Shown here piece after piece: positions 7,944 through 18,050 of a stretch of DNA of 64,000 nt. The stretch is from a candidate division FCPU426 bacterium. Its GTDB lineage: Bacteria > Oederibacteriota > JAAXVQ01 > JAUVAV01. A model generated the notes under the pieces. It was not told the DNA's origin. It saw only the letters and a program-made list of their open reading frames with translations, and did no database searches. The stretch is taken from positions 9,588 through 73,587 of the forward strand of contig DAOWGI010000031.1 of the NCBI GenBank assembly GCA_030637655.1, read 5' to 3'. How positions within the stretch are numbered: the first letter of the stretch is position 1; every line of letters starts with the position of its first letter. Position numbers and translations under genes: made by a program.

Positions 7944-10900
7944 ATGTTGCCAAATATCAAATTCCCCAAATTGGATATCGCTGCCGCCTTGAGTTTGAGC
8001 GCCTGGCAGAAGTCCCATCGTCAATTGTGGACCAAAGTCCTGGTCATCATGATATCCATAACATTCCTGTTACCCTATGTCTCCTTTGCTTTTCAACCGG
8101 GAACTTATCCAACAGACCTGGTAGGAGCGTTTGGGTACACACCATTAAAAGCCAATGGCGCGGCTATTCACATCAAACCCGAATGGGGACGCGTGACGAG
8201 CAGTTTCCACGGCACGTCAAACAAGACCATTGTATATATTCAAGACCTGCACTGCAATTACGAGGTCCAAAGCAATATTAGTTTCATGCTGGAACGTTTG
8301 CTGAAAAAAAACGGCCTGCGTTTGGTTGGTGTGGAAGGCGAGAGCACGCCCATCAATGTGAGCCAGCTTTCCTCCATACCTATTTTAGAAGTGAAAAAAA
8401 GCGTGGGCCAATACTTTTTACAGCGCGGCCGCATCACCGGGCCGGAATATCAATCCATAATGAGCAAGCAGCCGCTGATATTGCAGGGCATTGAATCGGA
8501 AAGCTTGTATTTGGACAATAAAGACACCTTGTTGAAATTCTTAAATGAAGAAAGCCAGGGATATTGCGAGGATCTGCGCTATGCTTTGGAGCGCTTGAAA
8601 AGTCCCTTGTACAATATAGAACTGGCTAAGCTGGATCACAAGCAAGAAGATTATGACCTGGAAAACATCACACTGGAAAACTATTGCGATTTTCTCCTGC
8701 TGGAAGCGAAAAAAGCCGGGGTGGAGATCAAACCGTATAAGGTTATGCGTTTATATGCCATTGATCACAAACTTCCGATTACAGCGGCAGTGGATTATGA
8801 AAAACTTTTGGCAGAGGCTCAAGCTCTGGATCGCGCGATTCGCGGCAAATACTATACGTCACCAGAGCAGCGCCGTTTGGATCATTATATTTATGTGCTA
8901 AAGATAATGGAAAACCTGGTGAACATCAGCGCCACCCAGAAGGATCTCACCTATTTCCGCAGACACCGCGAGGAATTCAAGATCACCAACCTGCTGCATT
9001 TTCTGGAAGACATTAGTTACCGTTTTGCCCTTCATCCGGATATGGATCCAGGAATTTTAAAAATGGATGAATATTTGAATCTGGCGGCAAAGTTCTACCT
9101 GGTGGCGGACGAGCGTTCGCATGCTTTTGTGGAAAACCTTACCCGCGCCATGAAAAAACACCAACAAAATACGTCCGTGCTAATCACCGGCGGTTTCCAT
9201 GCCGCGCACGTGGAAAAAGCGCTGCGCAGCCAAAACATCTCCTTTATTACGGTCAAGCCGCGTATTACGCGCACAGATGTGGAGAACCCCTATTTTTCGC
9301 TATTGCGCAATCAAAAGACGCCTCTGGAGCGGTTGCTGGCGCAGAATGAAAACATCTTTGCTGTGCGCAGTTTCTTTAGCCGGCTGCTTAATTTTAAATT
9401 AAATAGACGCTATATGGAGACCATGTGCGAAATAGTAACAGGGTATCAACTGGCTGTAAAACAAGGTTTGCGTGGCGATGATCTGCAAACAGCTTTCATA
9501 AACGCGCGCAAGAAAAATCCTGCTGACAATCCAAATCTCAATATTCAATTAGTGGAGGAAAGTTCCAATCCTAAGAACAAGGTCTTTGTGTTCAGGTTTG
9601 TTAATGACGAAGAAAATACTCATGTGGTGATCCGGCCCAACCAGACCACAAATTATCAGACCATGGTAGAGTCCGAGGTCCTGTATGGAAATAATTACCA
9701 GTTCGAGTTTGTAAGCGCGGAGTATTTTAAAGACAATAGGGCCGCAATCTTAGGCACACCAGCACCCAAGCGCGCGGGCGTCAAAGCTCTCACTGATATG
9801 GTGTTACAAATCAGCGGCATTACCAATCCCATTACCCGGGCCATTGGCGGTTTGGCTCTCGCGCTGGGAGTGGGCAAACACCAGCCAACCTTGACTGTTG
9901 GTTTAGGCCGCCTGAGTTTGATCGCCTGGTTAATTAACGCGGGAAAACTGCTATCCGCGCTGGGTTCAGGTTTTTCGAATATTACTCAATCCATGGCCAC
10001 GGGCTGGAGGCAATGGCATGTCAATTTCGCCGAGCGCAATTCGCTGCTAATGGCCTGGATCGCGGGTATTTCTTTCACTTTGCTGGCCCACAGCGTAATA
10101 ATGGGAGCAACGCCTCTGGTGCCAATAGCGTTTATGGCTGCTTTTACCTGGAGCATAGGTTCTTTAATGCATAACAACTGGTTTCAGCCCTTGGCAAGCT
10201 TGGTTTTGCTTCCGCGGGACGATCTTATAGCCCGTGCCGTACAGTGGGGGCGCGAGGCATATGGTTTTGGTGAAAATGATATTGTCAGCACCCCCCGTGA
10301 AATTATCCTAGAAAGAATCATGACCTTGGCCCAAGGCAATCCTGTACTGGCGGAGTTTATCGACAATCGCGCGGACCGTCTGGCCCTGGCAGGCATGGCC
10401 TACAACGAAGGCCAGAAAACCTGGACAGCCGGCACGGCAATTGGAAATGTTGAGGCCCTGGCCCAGGATTTCATGGAAGCGGAGACCCTGGCTGAGCAGC
10501 TGGCAGCGGGAACTAAAATCGCGAATTTAAAATCCACAGGCAATTCCCCGTTGGCTGAGCTGATTAGAAATCTGCAAGCCAAACCAAACCTTGAAACAGA
10601 GGAGATTATCTTAGGCATGCAGCATGCTTTGAATCCGGAACGATTAATGCCTGAGTGCATCTCACCCGCGCAAAGAGAGGCAATCAAAACCGTGCTGGCT
10701 GATTTCAAGAATGTGAAAGTTAAATTAGTACAAGTGGGATTAATAAACGACGTGGATTTCACGCCTGGGGTCAAGCAATACGCTGCCATGGATGAAAAAC
10801 TAAAAGAGCTGCTGGGCGAGTTTGGCAAGCAGATGGAAACATACGCTATTGAATATGTTTCAGGTGATATTGAGAGAAGAAGGACCGCCGTAGCCAAAGC

Positions 10901-13900
10901 AGAAGTTTTAGCTAAGTTGAAACCCTATTCCCTACAAGTAAAGTATTTAAGCGATATTATAACAAATGCTAAAGCAGTTATAAACAAAGCTGCTGATTTG
11001 GGCGATTTTCTGAAAGGCTCAGAAGCTGCCAGGATAGCAACGCAGAGTGTCCGGGCCATGATCGCGAATGCCACTCCGCTGGTAGAAGCATATGCTAATA
11101 TTGAGCAAGCCCTGGCAGCGCAGGATTTTAGTGTGGAAAAAGCCCAAGCGCTATTGGAGGCAATTGATCGGGAATTTGCCGATATTGAGGCGGTGATGGC
11201 AATTTCTGATCAAACCTGGAAATTGCGAAATCAAATAACCGCATATAACGCGCAAGTAAAAGTTGAACAACCAGCAGCAGTAAAAGCAGCGTCCCGGCAA
11301 AAAGCTGAAAAAACAACCGAGGATATTCTGAACCGCGCCGCGCCTATGAATAAAGCAACAGATGAAAATGTGCTGAAAATTCTGGCAGCCAATTTAAAGA
11401 TTTTGGGATTCAAAATTCTAAACAACGGACAGGCAGTGCTTAGCGCTAAGGCCATGAGGCAAAAGGTGAGGAAAATCAAGGGGCGGATTGCCAGGGAGAG
11501 AAAGATACTGGACAAGAGTTTCCGTATCTTATCGCGCAAAAAAGATTTAACCAAGAATGAGGACGAGGAATTGGGCAGGCTCCGCCGGGTTTTAAGCCAA
11601 CATGACGACGCTCTTATGGAACTCCGGGAAATCAGCTTGGCATTTAAGGAAAGCGGCAACCTTACTTTTGATATCCGTGTGTCAGAGGAAATGGAGTCAG
11701 ATCAGCAGGTCATTTTATCAGCAGTTGGCAATGTGATTTGTTTTAACGCGAAGAATATTCCCCGGTTTTCCGCCAAAAAATCCCGCGCCCAGCTCATGCG
11801 GCGCATAGCGAGAGCAAGCGGTCATATTGAGGGCTTGGAACTGACTCAACTGGGAAAAGACCGGCTGAATATAATTAGCAAACTCCTGGCCGGTTATAAA
11901 TTGAAGGGCACCGACATGGCCTTTGTTGCCGAGAGCAAGCGCGCGTTTATGGGCACACAAACAGCAGAAGGTCGTCCGGCGCTGGGAGTGTTCTGGACTG
12001 CGCAACAGCGCGATGTGATGAAAGAATGGTTGAGCAGCCAGAGGTGGCAAGACTATTTGAATATTTTTGCCATGTTTGATAAAGCGATACCTACAGATGA
12101 GTTACAAAGTATGGTGCCGGGAAATGAAGCGGATAAAACACACCAGCTAGGCGTGGCCGCGCTCGAGCAAATTACCGAAGCCTTGGTACAAAGCGAAGCC
12201 AGGATGTTTTCCGGAGCCGATGTGCTGGAAGTTTTGAGGCATATGGTGGAAAGCCGCTTGTCTGTGCAAAATGCGGTTAAACTTTTCCAACAGGAACAGG
12301 TGGATTATACTGGAGAGAAACTACTGGTAGAATATGAAAATTACGAAGAAACCCAAGGACCTATCACCAGCGTTAAGGCTGTGCATTCCTTTATTAAAAC
12401 GGTTTTTGAGGGAGAAGCCATTGCCATCACCCCGGCCCTGCGGATGTTTGTAGATCGCCTGATAGCCAATGAACAGGAAGCCTTGGGTGATGACAATTAC
12501 GCAATGGAACTCTATTTGAATTTTGAAGAGCAAGCCGGACAAAAACTGGCCGGTTTGCCCACTGCCTGGCAGGTGCAAATAACAGAAAAGTTGCGCTCTG
12601 CTTTGGACAATGCCCTGAGCAGAAACGCAGAGTTAATAGACCTGCTGATTGCCAAAAAATTGGAAAGCCTATTCAAAACCCAGGAGGCAGTGGCTTACGC
12701 GCTGCGCAATTCCCCTCAATTTCTGCGCGGTAATTTTCCGGACAAGATATTTAAGGGCAAGCAGAATCTAATTATTAGTAAAATGCGTCAAATAGACAGG
12801 TTTTGGTTTTTGAACCAGACAGCTAAGCTAAATGATGAAGGCAGCTATAGCAACAGAGCGCCTCCGCTTATTGAACGCTTTATGCGTGATCTGCAAGCTG
12901 CCCTTACCAAATCCAGCTCTCAGCGCATCTATTTCGCGTTTTTCTTCTCACTTGCCCTTGTTCTCATAACCCAAGCGATCATCCTGGGTTTTCCAGTAAC
13001 AGCCATGATTCTGGGACCGAATATTGTTCCAATTGCGATTATCTTGGTTTCCTCGCTCATACTCAGTATTCGATCCAAACTCCCTTCATCCTGGTTAAAA
13101 ATAGGCACAACCGTGATAAGTCTCTTTGCTATCGTATTTAGCGGTTATATGATTTTAAGCGGCAACCTCTCTGCCGCGCCGCTGAGCAGCATGGCTCCTC
13201 AGCCGGAGGAAATTGCAAGCAGCCTATCAAGCAATTTCAAACCCTGGGCACCGGGCGCTTTAGTGTTCTTGGCTGGGATTTCCCGGCCAATTGGGCATGG
13301 CTTAGCTTCTATAAAAAAATGGGCAGCCGGCAGCAAAGAACCAAGAATGCTGGACGCTGTTGAAGGTGAGGCCAAATTAATAGAGATGCTGAAAGAAACC
13401 GGCAATGCTTGGATCGTTTCCAGCGATGTCGATTCTTTAAAATTATATAATAACTTTTACGGCAAAAAGATCACGAATGTGATTTTGGATGAAATAATAG
13501 AGACACGGGTAAACGCGCTGCATTCACCCCAAGTAAAGGAAATTATTAAGAAATATGGAATTACTTCAGATGAGCTTTATGCCTCCCGGCCCAGCGGAGA
13601 TGAAGGCATGGATATTCTGCCCGAGAAGTTAAGTTCAGAGGATGTCACCGCGATAATGAACATTGTCCGCCAGGCCATTCCTCAAGCCTTGCACCTTAAA
13701 TATATGGCCTATGATATTAAAGGGAAACAGACCCCGGACCAGGAGAAAAAATTAAGGAAAGCGGCAAATGCCTATAATGCCAAGGCCAAAGACGAACAAA
13801 AAGTTCGGGTGTTTAGGGATTCTGATTCTGATTTGCGGCTCTTAGTAAAAGTGGAAGGCAAAACAGATTTGGGCAATAAAATAATTGAAGAATTAAATTT

Positions 13901-16900
13901 AGCAGATGAAAAGGGAGCGCTGCACGCGGTTCCCATCACTTTGTCCCAGAATATTACCAAATTGGATTATCCGGACAATGGATATATGTTGACGCCCACC
14001 TGCACCTTTGGAGCGAGCCAAGCCGGCCGGGTTTTGGATAAGGAAGAGGATTTTAAAAAATGGGCTCTGGCTGCCTTTAAGCTGGCGGACAGGCTTCTCT
14101 TGCGGGGCAAAGACGAGGGCAAAAATAAAGTTGTGGTTGATGATTTGGAAGAGAAGTTTGAAAAATTATCGCGCCCGCCGCCTAAAGAAGGATTTATGGA
14201 TAAAGACCAGATAGCCGGGATAACCGAGGCCAGGGAAGCGCATTTGAAAAATCTGGACAAGAAGGACGCGGCCGGCAATAAACTATATGATCAGCTGGTT
14301 CCTTACCACTTTAGTATTGATGGTTTAAAACAAAAAATTAAAGAGAGATTGCAAGAACTTAAAGGAAGGGATGATTTTGAGCCTGAAATCCATTTTGCCC
14401 GCGCTTCTTCGGATAGAGGCCCGGACAAAATACTGGTTTTTGTTCTCACACCACAAGGCAGCGCTAGTTTTAAATTAGAAGGCAGCACTGGTGTGGAATT
14501 GGAAGGCAGTTATGCTTTTGAAGGCGAGGAAAATCAAGGATTCGCGGCAGTCAATGAGAGATATGACCATGCCGGCGGAAATGTTGTAATCTCGCTGCCC
14601 CACTATATTATCCACCAGATGACACAAGCGAATAGACATAATTGGTTAAACCCGAATGATTTACAGGGTTCATTTGAAATTTTTGTAAAACAGCTCGAGC
14701 AAGAAATGAATTTGCCGGACAATCAGGTCGAAATTAATCTGTCCGGCGCTTGTTGTGGTGTTTCGACCAATGATTTATTCGCTCATTTAGAAGACGAAGC
14801 TGAAATTGATGCCACTATCGGTGAAATGTTTAGAAGCCTGGAAGAAACAATGCTGGCAAAAAGTGAGGAAGACTTAGGCAAGATCACAGCTCATGATCAC
14901 GAAGAACATCAGCCCCTGGCGCTTGCCCGTCGGGCAAGACTCGGAAAACAAGCAACAATAAAGCTTTTTAAAAATAAACAAGCACAGCTGCGTATGGTGA
15001 AAGAAGTAAGAGAAGCCAGGGCTGAGTTAGCTAAAGCAAAAGCAGACAAAGCCCCCGTCTTTCTAAGCGCCGCATCCCTCCTGGGCCTGGCATCGCCATT
15101 TTTAAGTGGATTGGATATTTCGCCCATCATTACAGCCGTCCTGGCTTTTGGCGGGATTATTGGCAGCCTGTTTTTACTGGAAAACAGCTTTAAAACCTTT
15201 AGCACTATATTCAGACAATTGAAAACAGCCTTCACGCCTGCGGCCTGGCGTCAATACTTGGCCTGGGCGCGAGCCAACCCCATGATCATATTAGCTATCG
15301 GCGCGGGCCTGTACGCGCTGTTCAACCCGGAGGCTAGCGGAGAGACCGGCTACCTGGCGGCCATGGGCATCATCGGTCCGTCCTTAGAATTAGTGGATAA
15401 AGATATCAGGGTAAAGGATACAAACAGCGAAGAATTTGAAAAGTTTGTCCAGGAAAATACAGAATCAAGGGAGTTGAGAAAATTAAAAATATGGGTTAGC
15501 GACCAAACTGGATCAGCTGGTTATAATGTTTTCAGCCCTGCGCAGCCGCTTACGGAAACAAGAATTAGTGAAAAAGTGTCCAAACTGACAGATGAGAGTT
15601 TAGAAACAATGGCCAAAAAAGGCTTAATGGCCATCAGAACAGAACTGGAGGTTAAACTCGGCTTTTATTCCGAGGCCGATTTGAATGAAGCGTTTAAATA
15701 TTGTGTAAGAAAAAATAATACAATGAAAGTAGCAGATGCAGTTGCGACAATCAAAAAAAAGCGTTTGGAATATGCTGCGCAAAACAGTGAGCAGGTGGAT
15801 TTTTATCTTAAAGTTAAATTCTTTTTAAACAATGTGAAGAACGAGAATATTAAGAATATTAAGCCCGAAGTGGTTAAAAATTTCCTGGATTTTATCCGGG
15901 AGCAAGGTTATTCCGTAGAACATATGCAGCACACTCCCGAAAAATTCATTGAAAAATTTATAACGGCAAAAAACCCATCCAACGAGTTGGGTGAGAGTGA
16001 AGAAATAAAAACCCAGATTAATCAGATAATAGCTGCGTTACCTGAAAAGAGAGAGAGCGAAGAGTATTCTATAGATGGGCCGGCAATAGCAGAGGCGATA
16101 AATGGATTTAAGGCATTTTATTTAGATACTTTTAGCAGTCTCGGTCAAAATAATCCGGAGGCTATTGGTTTTGTTTATTCCCGCTTGGAGGCGTGGAAAT
16201 TCAGGGTGAATGAGAATGAACGTGAAAAGGTGGATGGGGTTGCAGTAAATGTAAATGACGTAAAATATGGGAGACTGTCTTCCGATATTAAAAAGACCGT
16301 AGGAATGTTAAAAGCGTTCATAGCTAAACAACAGGTCATACGCTTAGAAAAGCAGGCTGTTGATGTTGTTTTAACCACTTCAGAGGATCAGAAATGTTGG
16401 ACGAAGTTCGGAAATGACGATTATGCGGCGCTGGAAAAACTTGTAACTGCCCGTGAACAAGCAAGGGCTGCTGCGGATTTTGAAAAAATAAAGCAAACAT
16501 TTTTAAAACGTATTGCGGAGGTTTCATACTTCGGGACCATGGCAGATCTGCGAAATCTCAATTATTTTTATCAGCTAATACTCGCAGCGATTACCGACCA
16601 GGAATACAAAGAATTGTTGGAAAACGGAAAAATAGAGAAAGACTCTCAAGAAAACCAGCGAAAGGTGCTGCTGGGGTTAGAAGAAAACGGCCATCCTGAA
16701 ATTGCAGCGCAATTGGTATTGTATTATGAGGTGATAAACGAAGTTTTGGAAGGCATAGACGAAATAGACGTAGACTGGGACCAAGTGCGGCAAAATATTG
16801 AAAGGGTGTGCCTGGAAAAAAGCATAGCCAACGGAGTTATGGCGCCAAAAGTAGCAGGATCGAATATACTGGGGAAACCTGAAGCGGGGAATATTCCGGG

Positions 16901-17864
16901 TGTTTCATTATTCACGCTGGGAAGCTTATCTCTGCTCAGTGGCGGAGCAGTCACCGTTGCTCTGGCCGGTGGTTCCGCGGCTATGTTCATTGGGGGCGGA
17001 GTGGCTGCTGCCCTAGGATTGATGGTATTAATTGGGACCGCTTTTATGGTTTATCGCCAAACCAAAATTCCGGCAGTGGCAGATTCTGGTGAAGGTGCTC
17101 CGGCGGGTGCGTTGGCAAAAACAGGACTCCTTACTAAACTAATATCGAACATCAAAGACCGCCAAGTCTTGGGTGAAGCAGCGCAACCCGGAGCCAAAAA
17201 AGTCAACCCCTTCCTGCTCAATTTACGCGAGAGCCGGATTGGCCGGGCGTTGCTGTCTCGCCGCGGCATGCCAACTGGACTTCGCTTGATGATGCTCTTA
17301 CCCAGCCCGGCCATACGCGGCTTGCTGCGGGTAGTGGTGGCCGGCGCTATGGCTGCGGCCTGGATAGGTATGGTCGTGTTAGTCGGAAACGCTAATAGTG
17401 AACTGGCAATACTTGTAATTGTGTCCGGCATTGCGGCCCTGGCGCCGGCTAAGTATCTCAGTTACCAGCTACGTACAACAGTTTATTCACAAGTGGGTGG
17501 ACAGCTTGTCAATAGCCCATGGATGAAAAACAAATTAGCGAATATGGAACAGAATTGGAATGAAGCCAAGGTAATCAGCATGCTGCAAGGTCTGCTCACT
17601 ATACTGGAAGCTGTGAAGGACAATGCTCAGGCTCGCGAAGGTGTGCTGGAAGTTATGGCGCAAGTGCCATATAAAGAACGGAAGACCGTGCTATTAACAA
17701 CCAAAGATGGACAGAAGATGACCACCCGATCATTGCCAACAGTAATATTTGAACCATATTTGGCATGGAGAATGCTGCGAATATTCCCATCAATAATTAT
17801 TGATGGGAAGGAATTTAAGATGCCGCAACTACGTCAGCCCAGAGCTATGGACAGTTCTGCATAA
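7944..17864 (+). CDS. giant (3306 aa) multi-pass membrane protein: extended leader, TraB/Tiki/ChaN-like domain, degenerate GGDEF-like modules
   Basis: Uninterrupted 9.9-kb ORF with GGGAG RBS. Motifs IQDLHC, VEG, GIES, ERS, GGFH. GGDEF-like DVDSLKLYNNFYG..RPSGDE..ADRLLLRGKDEGKNKVV. Several TM hairpins. Confidence 0.85.
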   Translation: MLPNIKFPKLDIAAALSLSAWQKSHRQLWTKVLVIMISITFLLPYVSFAFQPGTYPTDLVGAFGYTPLKANGAAIHIKPEWGRVTSSFHGTSNKTIVYIQDLHCNYEVQSNISFMLERLLKKNGLRLVGVEGESTPINVSQLSSIPILEVKKSVGQYFLQRGRITGPEYQSIMSKQPLILQGIESESLYLDNKDTLLKFLNEESQGYCEDLRYALERLKSPLYNIELAKLDHKQEDYDLENITLENYCDFLLLEAKKAGVEIKPYKVMRLYAIDHKLPITAAVDYEKLLAEAQALDRAIRGKYYTSPEQRRLDHYIYVLKIMENLVNISATQKDLTYFRRHREEFKITNLLHFLEDISYRFALHPDMDPGILKMDEYLNLAAKFYLVADERSHAFVENLTRAMKKHQQNTSVLITGGFHAAHVEKALRSQNISFITVKPRITRTDVENPYFSLLRNQKTPLERLLAQNENIFAVRSFFSRLLNFKLNRRYMETMCEIVTGYQLAVKQGLRGDDLQTAFINARKKNPADNPNLNIQLVEESSNPKNKVFVFRFVNDEENTHVVIRPNQTTNYQTMVESEVLYGNNYQFEFVSAEYFKDNRAAILGTPAPKRAGVKALTDMVLQISGITNPITRAIGGLALALGVGKHQPTLTVGLGRLSLIAWLINAGKLLSALGSGFSNITQSMATGWRQWHVNFAERNSLLMAWIAGISFTLLAHSVIMGATPLVPIAFMAAFTWSIGSLMHNNWFQPLASLVLLPRDDLIARAVQWGREAYGFGENDIVSTPREIILERIMTLAQGNPVLAEFIDNRADRLALAGMAYNEGQKTWTAGTAIGNVEALAQDFMEAETLAEQLAAGTKIANLKSTGNSPLAELIRNLQAKPNLETEEIILGMQHALNPERLMPECISPAQREAIKTVLADFKNVKVKLVQVGLINDVDFTPGVKQYAAMDEKLKELLGEFGKQMETYAIEYVSGDIERRRTAVAKAEVLAKLKPYSLQVKYLSDIITNAKAVINKAADLGDFLKGSEAARIATQSVRAMIANATPLVEAYANIEQALAAQDFSVEKAQALLEAIDREFADIEAVMAISDQTWKLRNQITAYNAQVKVEQPAAVKAASRQKAEKTTEDILNRAAPMNKATDENVLKILAANLKILGFKILNNGQAVLSAKAMRQKVRKIKGRIARERKILDKSFRILSRKKDLTKNEDEELGRLRRVLSQHDDALMELREISLAFKESGNLTFDIRVSEEMESDQQVILSAVGNVICFNAKNIPRFSAKKSRAQLMRRIARASGHIEGLELTQLGKDRLNIISKLLAGYKLKGTDMAFVAESKRAFMGTQTAEGRPALGVFWTAQQRDVMKEWLSSQRWQDYLNIFAMFDKAIPTDELQSMVPGNEADKTHQLGVAALEQITEALVQSEARMFSGADVLEVLRHMVESRLSVQNAVKLFQQEQVDYTGEKLLVEYENYEETQGPITSVKAVHSFIKTVFEGEAIAITPALRMFVDRLIANEQEALGDDNYAMELYLNFEEQAGQKLAGLPTAWQVQITEKLRSALDNALSRNAELIDLLIAKKLESLFKTQEAVAYALRNSPQFLRGNFPDKIFKGKQNLIISKMRQIDRFWFLNQTAKLNDEGSYSNRAPPLIERFMRDLQAALTKSSSQRIYFAFFFSLALVLITQAIILGFPVTAMILGPNIVPIAIILVSSLILSIRSKLPSSWLKIGTTVISLFAIVFSGYMILSGNLSAAPLSSMAPQPEEIASSLSSNFKPWAPGALVFLAGISRPIGHGLASIKKWAAGSKEPRMLDAVEGEAKLIEMLKETGNAWIVSSDVDSLKLYNNFYGKKITNVILDEIIETRVNALHSPQVKEIIKKYGITSDELYASRPSGDEGMDILPEKLSSEDVTAIMNIVRQAIPQALHLKYMAYDIKGKQTPDQEKKLRKAANAYNAKAKDEQKVRVFRDSDSDLRLLVKVEGKTDLGNKIIEELNLADEKGALHAVPITLSQNITKLDYPDNGYMLTPTCTFGASQAGRVLDKEEDFKKWALAAFKLADRLLLRGKDEGKNKVVVDDLEEKFEKLSRPPPKEGFMDKDQIAGITEAREAHLKNLDKKDAAGNKLYDQLVPYHFSIDGLKQKIKERLQELKGRDDFEPEIHFARASSDRGPDKILVFVLTPQGSASFKLEGSTGVELEGSYAFEGEENQGFAAVNERYDHAGGNVVISLPHYIIHQMTQANRHNWLNPNDLQGSFEIFVKQLEQEMNLPDNQVEINLSGACCGVSTNDLFAHLEDEAEIDATIGEMFRSLEETMLAKSEEDLGKITAHDHEEHQPLALARRARLGKQATIKLFKNKQAQLRMVKEVREARAELAKAKADKAPVFLSAASLLGLASPFLSGLDISPIITAVLAFGGIIGSLFLLENSFKTFSTIFRQLKTAFTPAAWRQYLAWARANPMIILAIGAGLYALFNPEASGETGYLAAMGIIGPSLELVDKDIRVKDTNSEEFEKFVQENTESRELRKLKIWVSDQTGSAGYNVFSPAQPLTETRISEKVSKLTDESLETMAKKGLMAIRTELEVKLGFYSEADLNEAFKYCVRKNNTMKVADAVATIKKKRLEYAAQNSEQVDFYLKVKFFLNNVKNENIKNIKPEVVKNFLDFIREQGYSVEHMQHTPEKFIEKFITAKNPSNELGESEEIKTQINQIIAALPEKRESEEYSIDGPAIAEAINGFKAFYLDTFSSLGQNNPEAIGFVYSRLEAWKFRVNENEREKVDGVAVNVNDVKYGRLSSDIKKTVGMLKAFIAKQQVIRLEKQAVDVVLTTSEDQKCWTKFGNDDYAALEKLVTAREQARAAADFEKIKQTFLKRIAEVSYFGTMADLRNLNYFYQLILAAITDQEYKELLENGKIEKDSQENQRKVLLGLEENGHPEIAAQLVLYYEVINEVLEGIDEIDVDWDQVRQNIERVCLEKSIANGVMAPKVAGSNILGKPEAGNIPGVSLFTLGSLSLLSGGAVTVALAGGSAAMFIGGGVAAALGLMVLIGTAFMVYRQTKIPAVADSGEGAPAGALAKTGLLTKLISNIKDRQVLGEAAQPGAKKVNPFLLNLRESRIGRALLSRRGMPTGLRLMMLLPSPAIRGLLRVVVAGAMAAAWIGMVVLVGNANSELAILVIVSGIAALAPAKYLSYQLRTTVYSQVGGQLVNSPWMKNKLANMEQNWNEAKVISMLQGLLTILEAVKDNAQAREGVLEVMAQVPYKERKTVLLTTKDGQKMTTRSLPTVIFEPYLAWRMLRIFPSIIIDGKEFKMPQLRQPRAMDSSA

Positions 17865-18050
17865 AAGTGTAGGAGCTTATTGAAAAACGCTTATTATATA
17901 ATGATTTTATGTAGGAATTGCAAAAAAATATAAAAACAGTCGCAATTTGAAATACGAGTTAAAATGTGCTATATATTATATGTATAATATAGCACGTTTA
18001 AAAACAAAACAATTATAGAACGGTTTATTAATTAATTGGAGGATATGATT

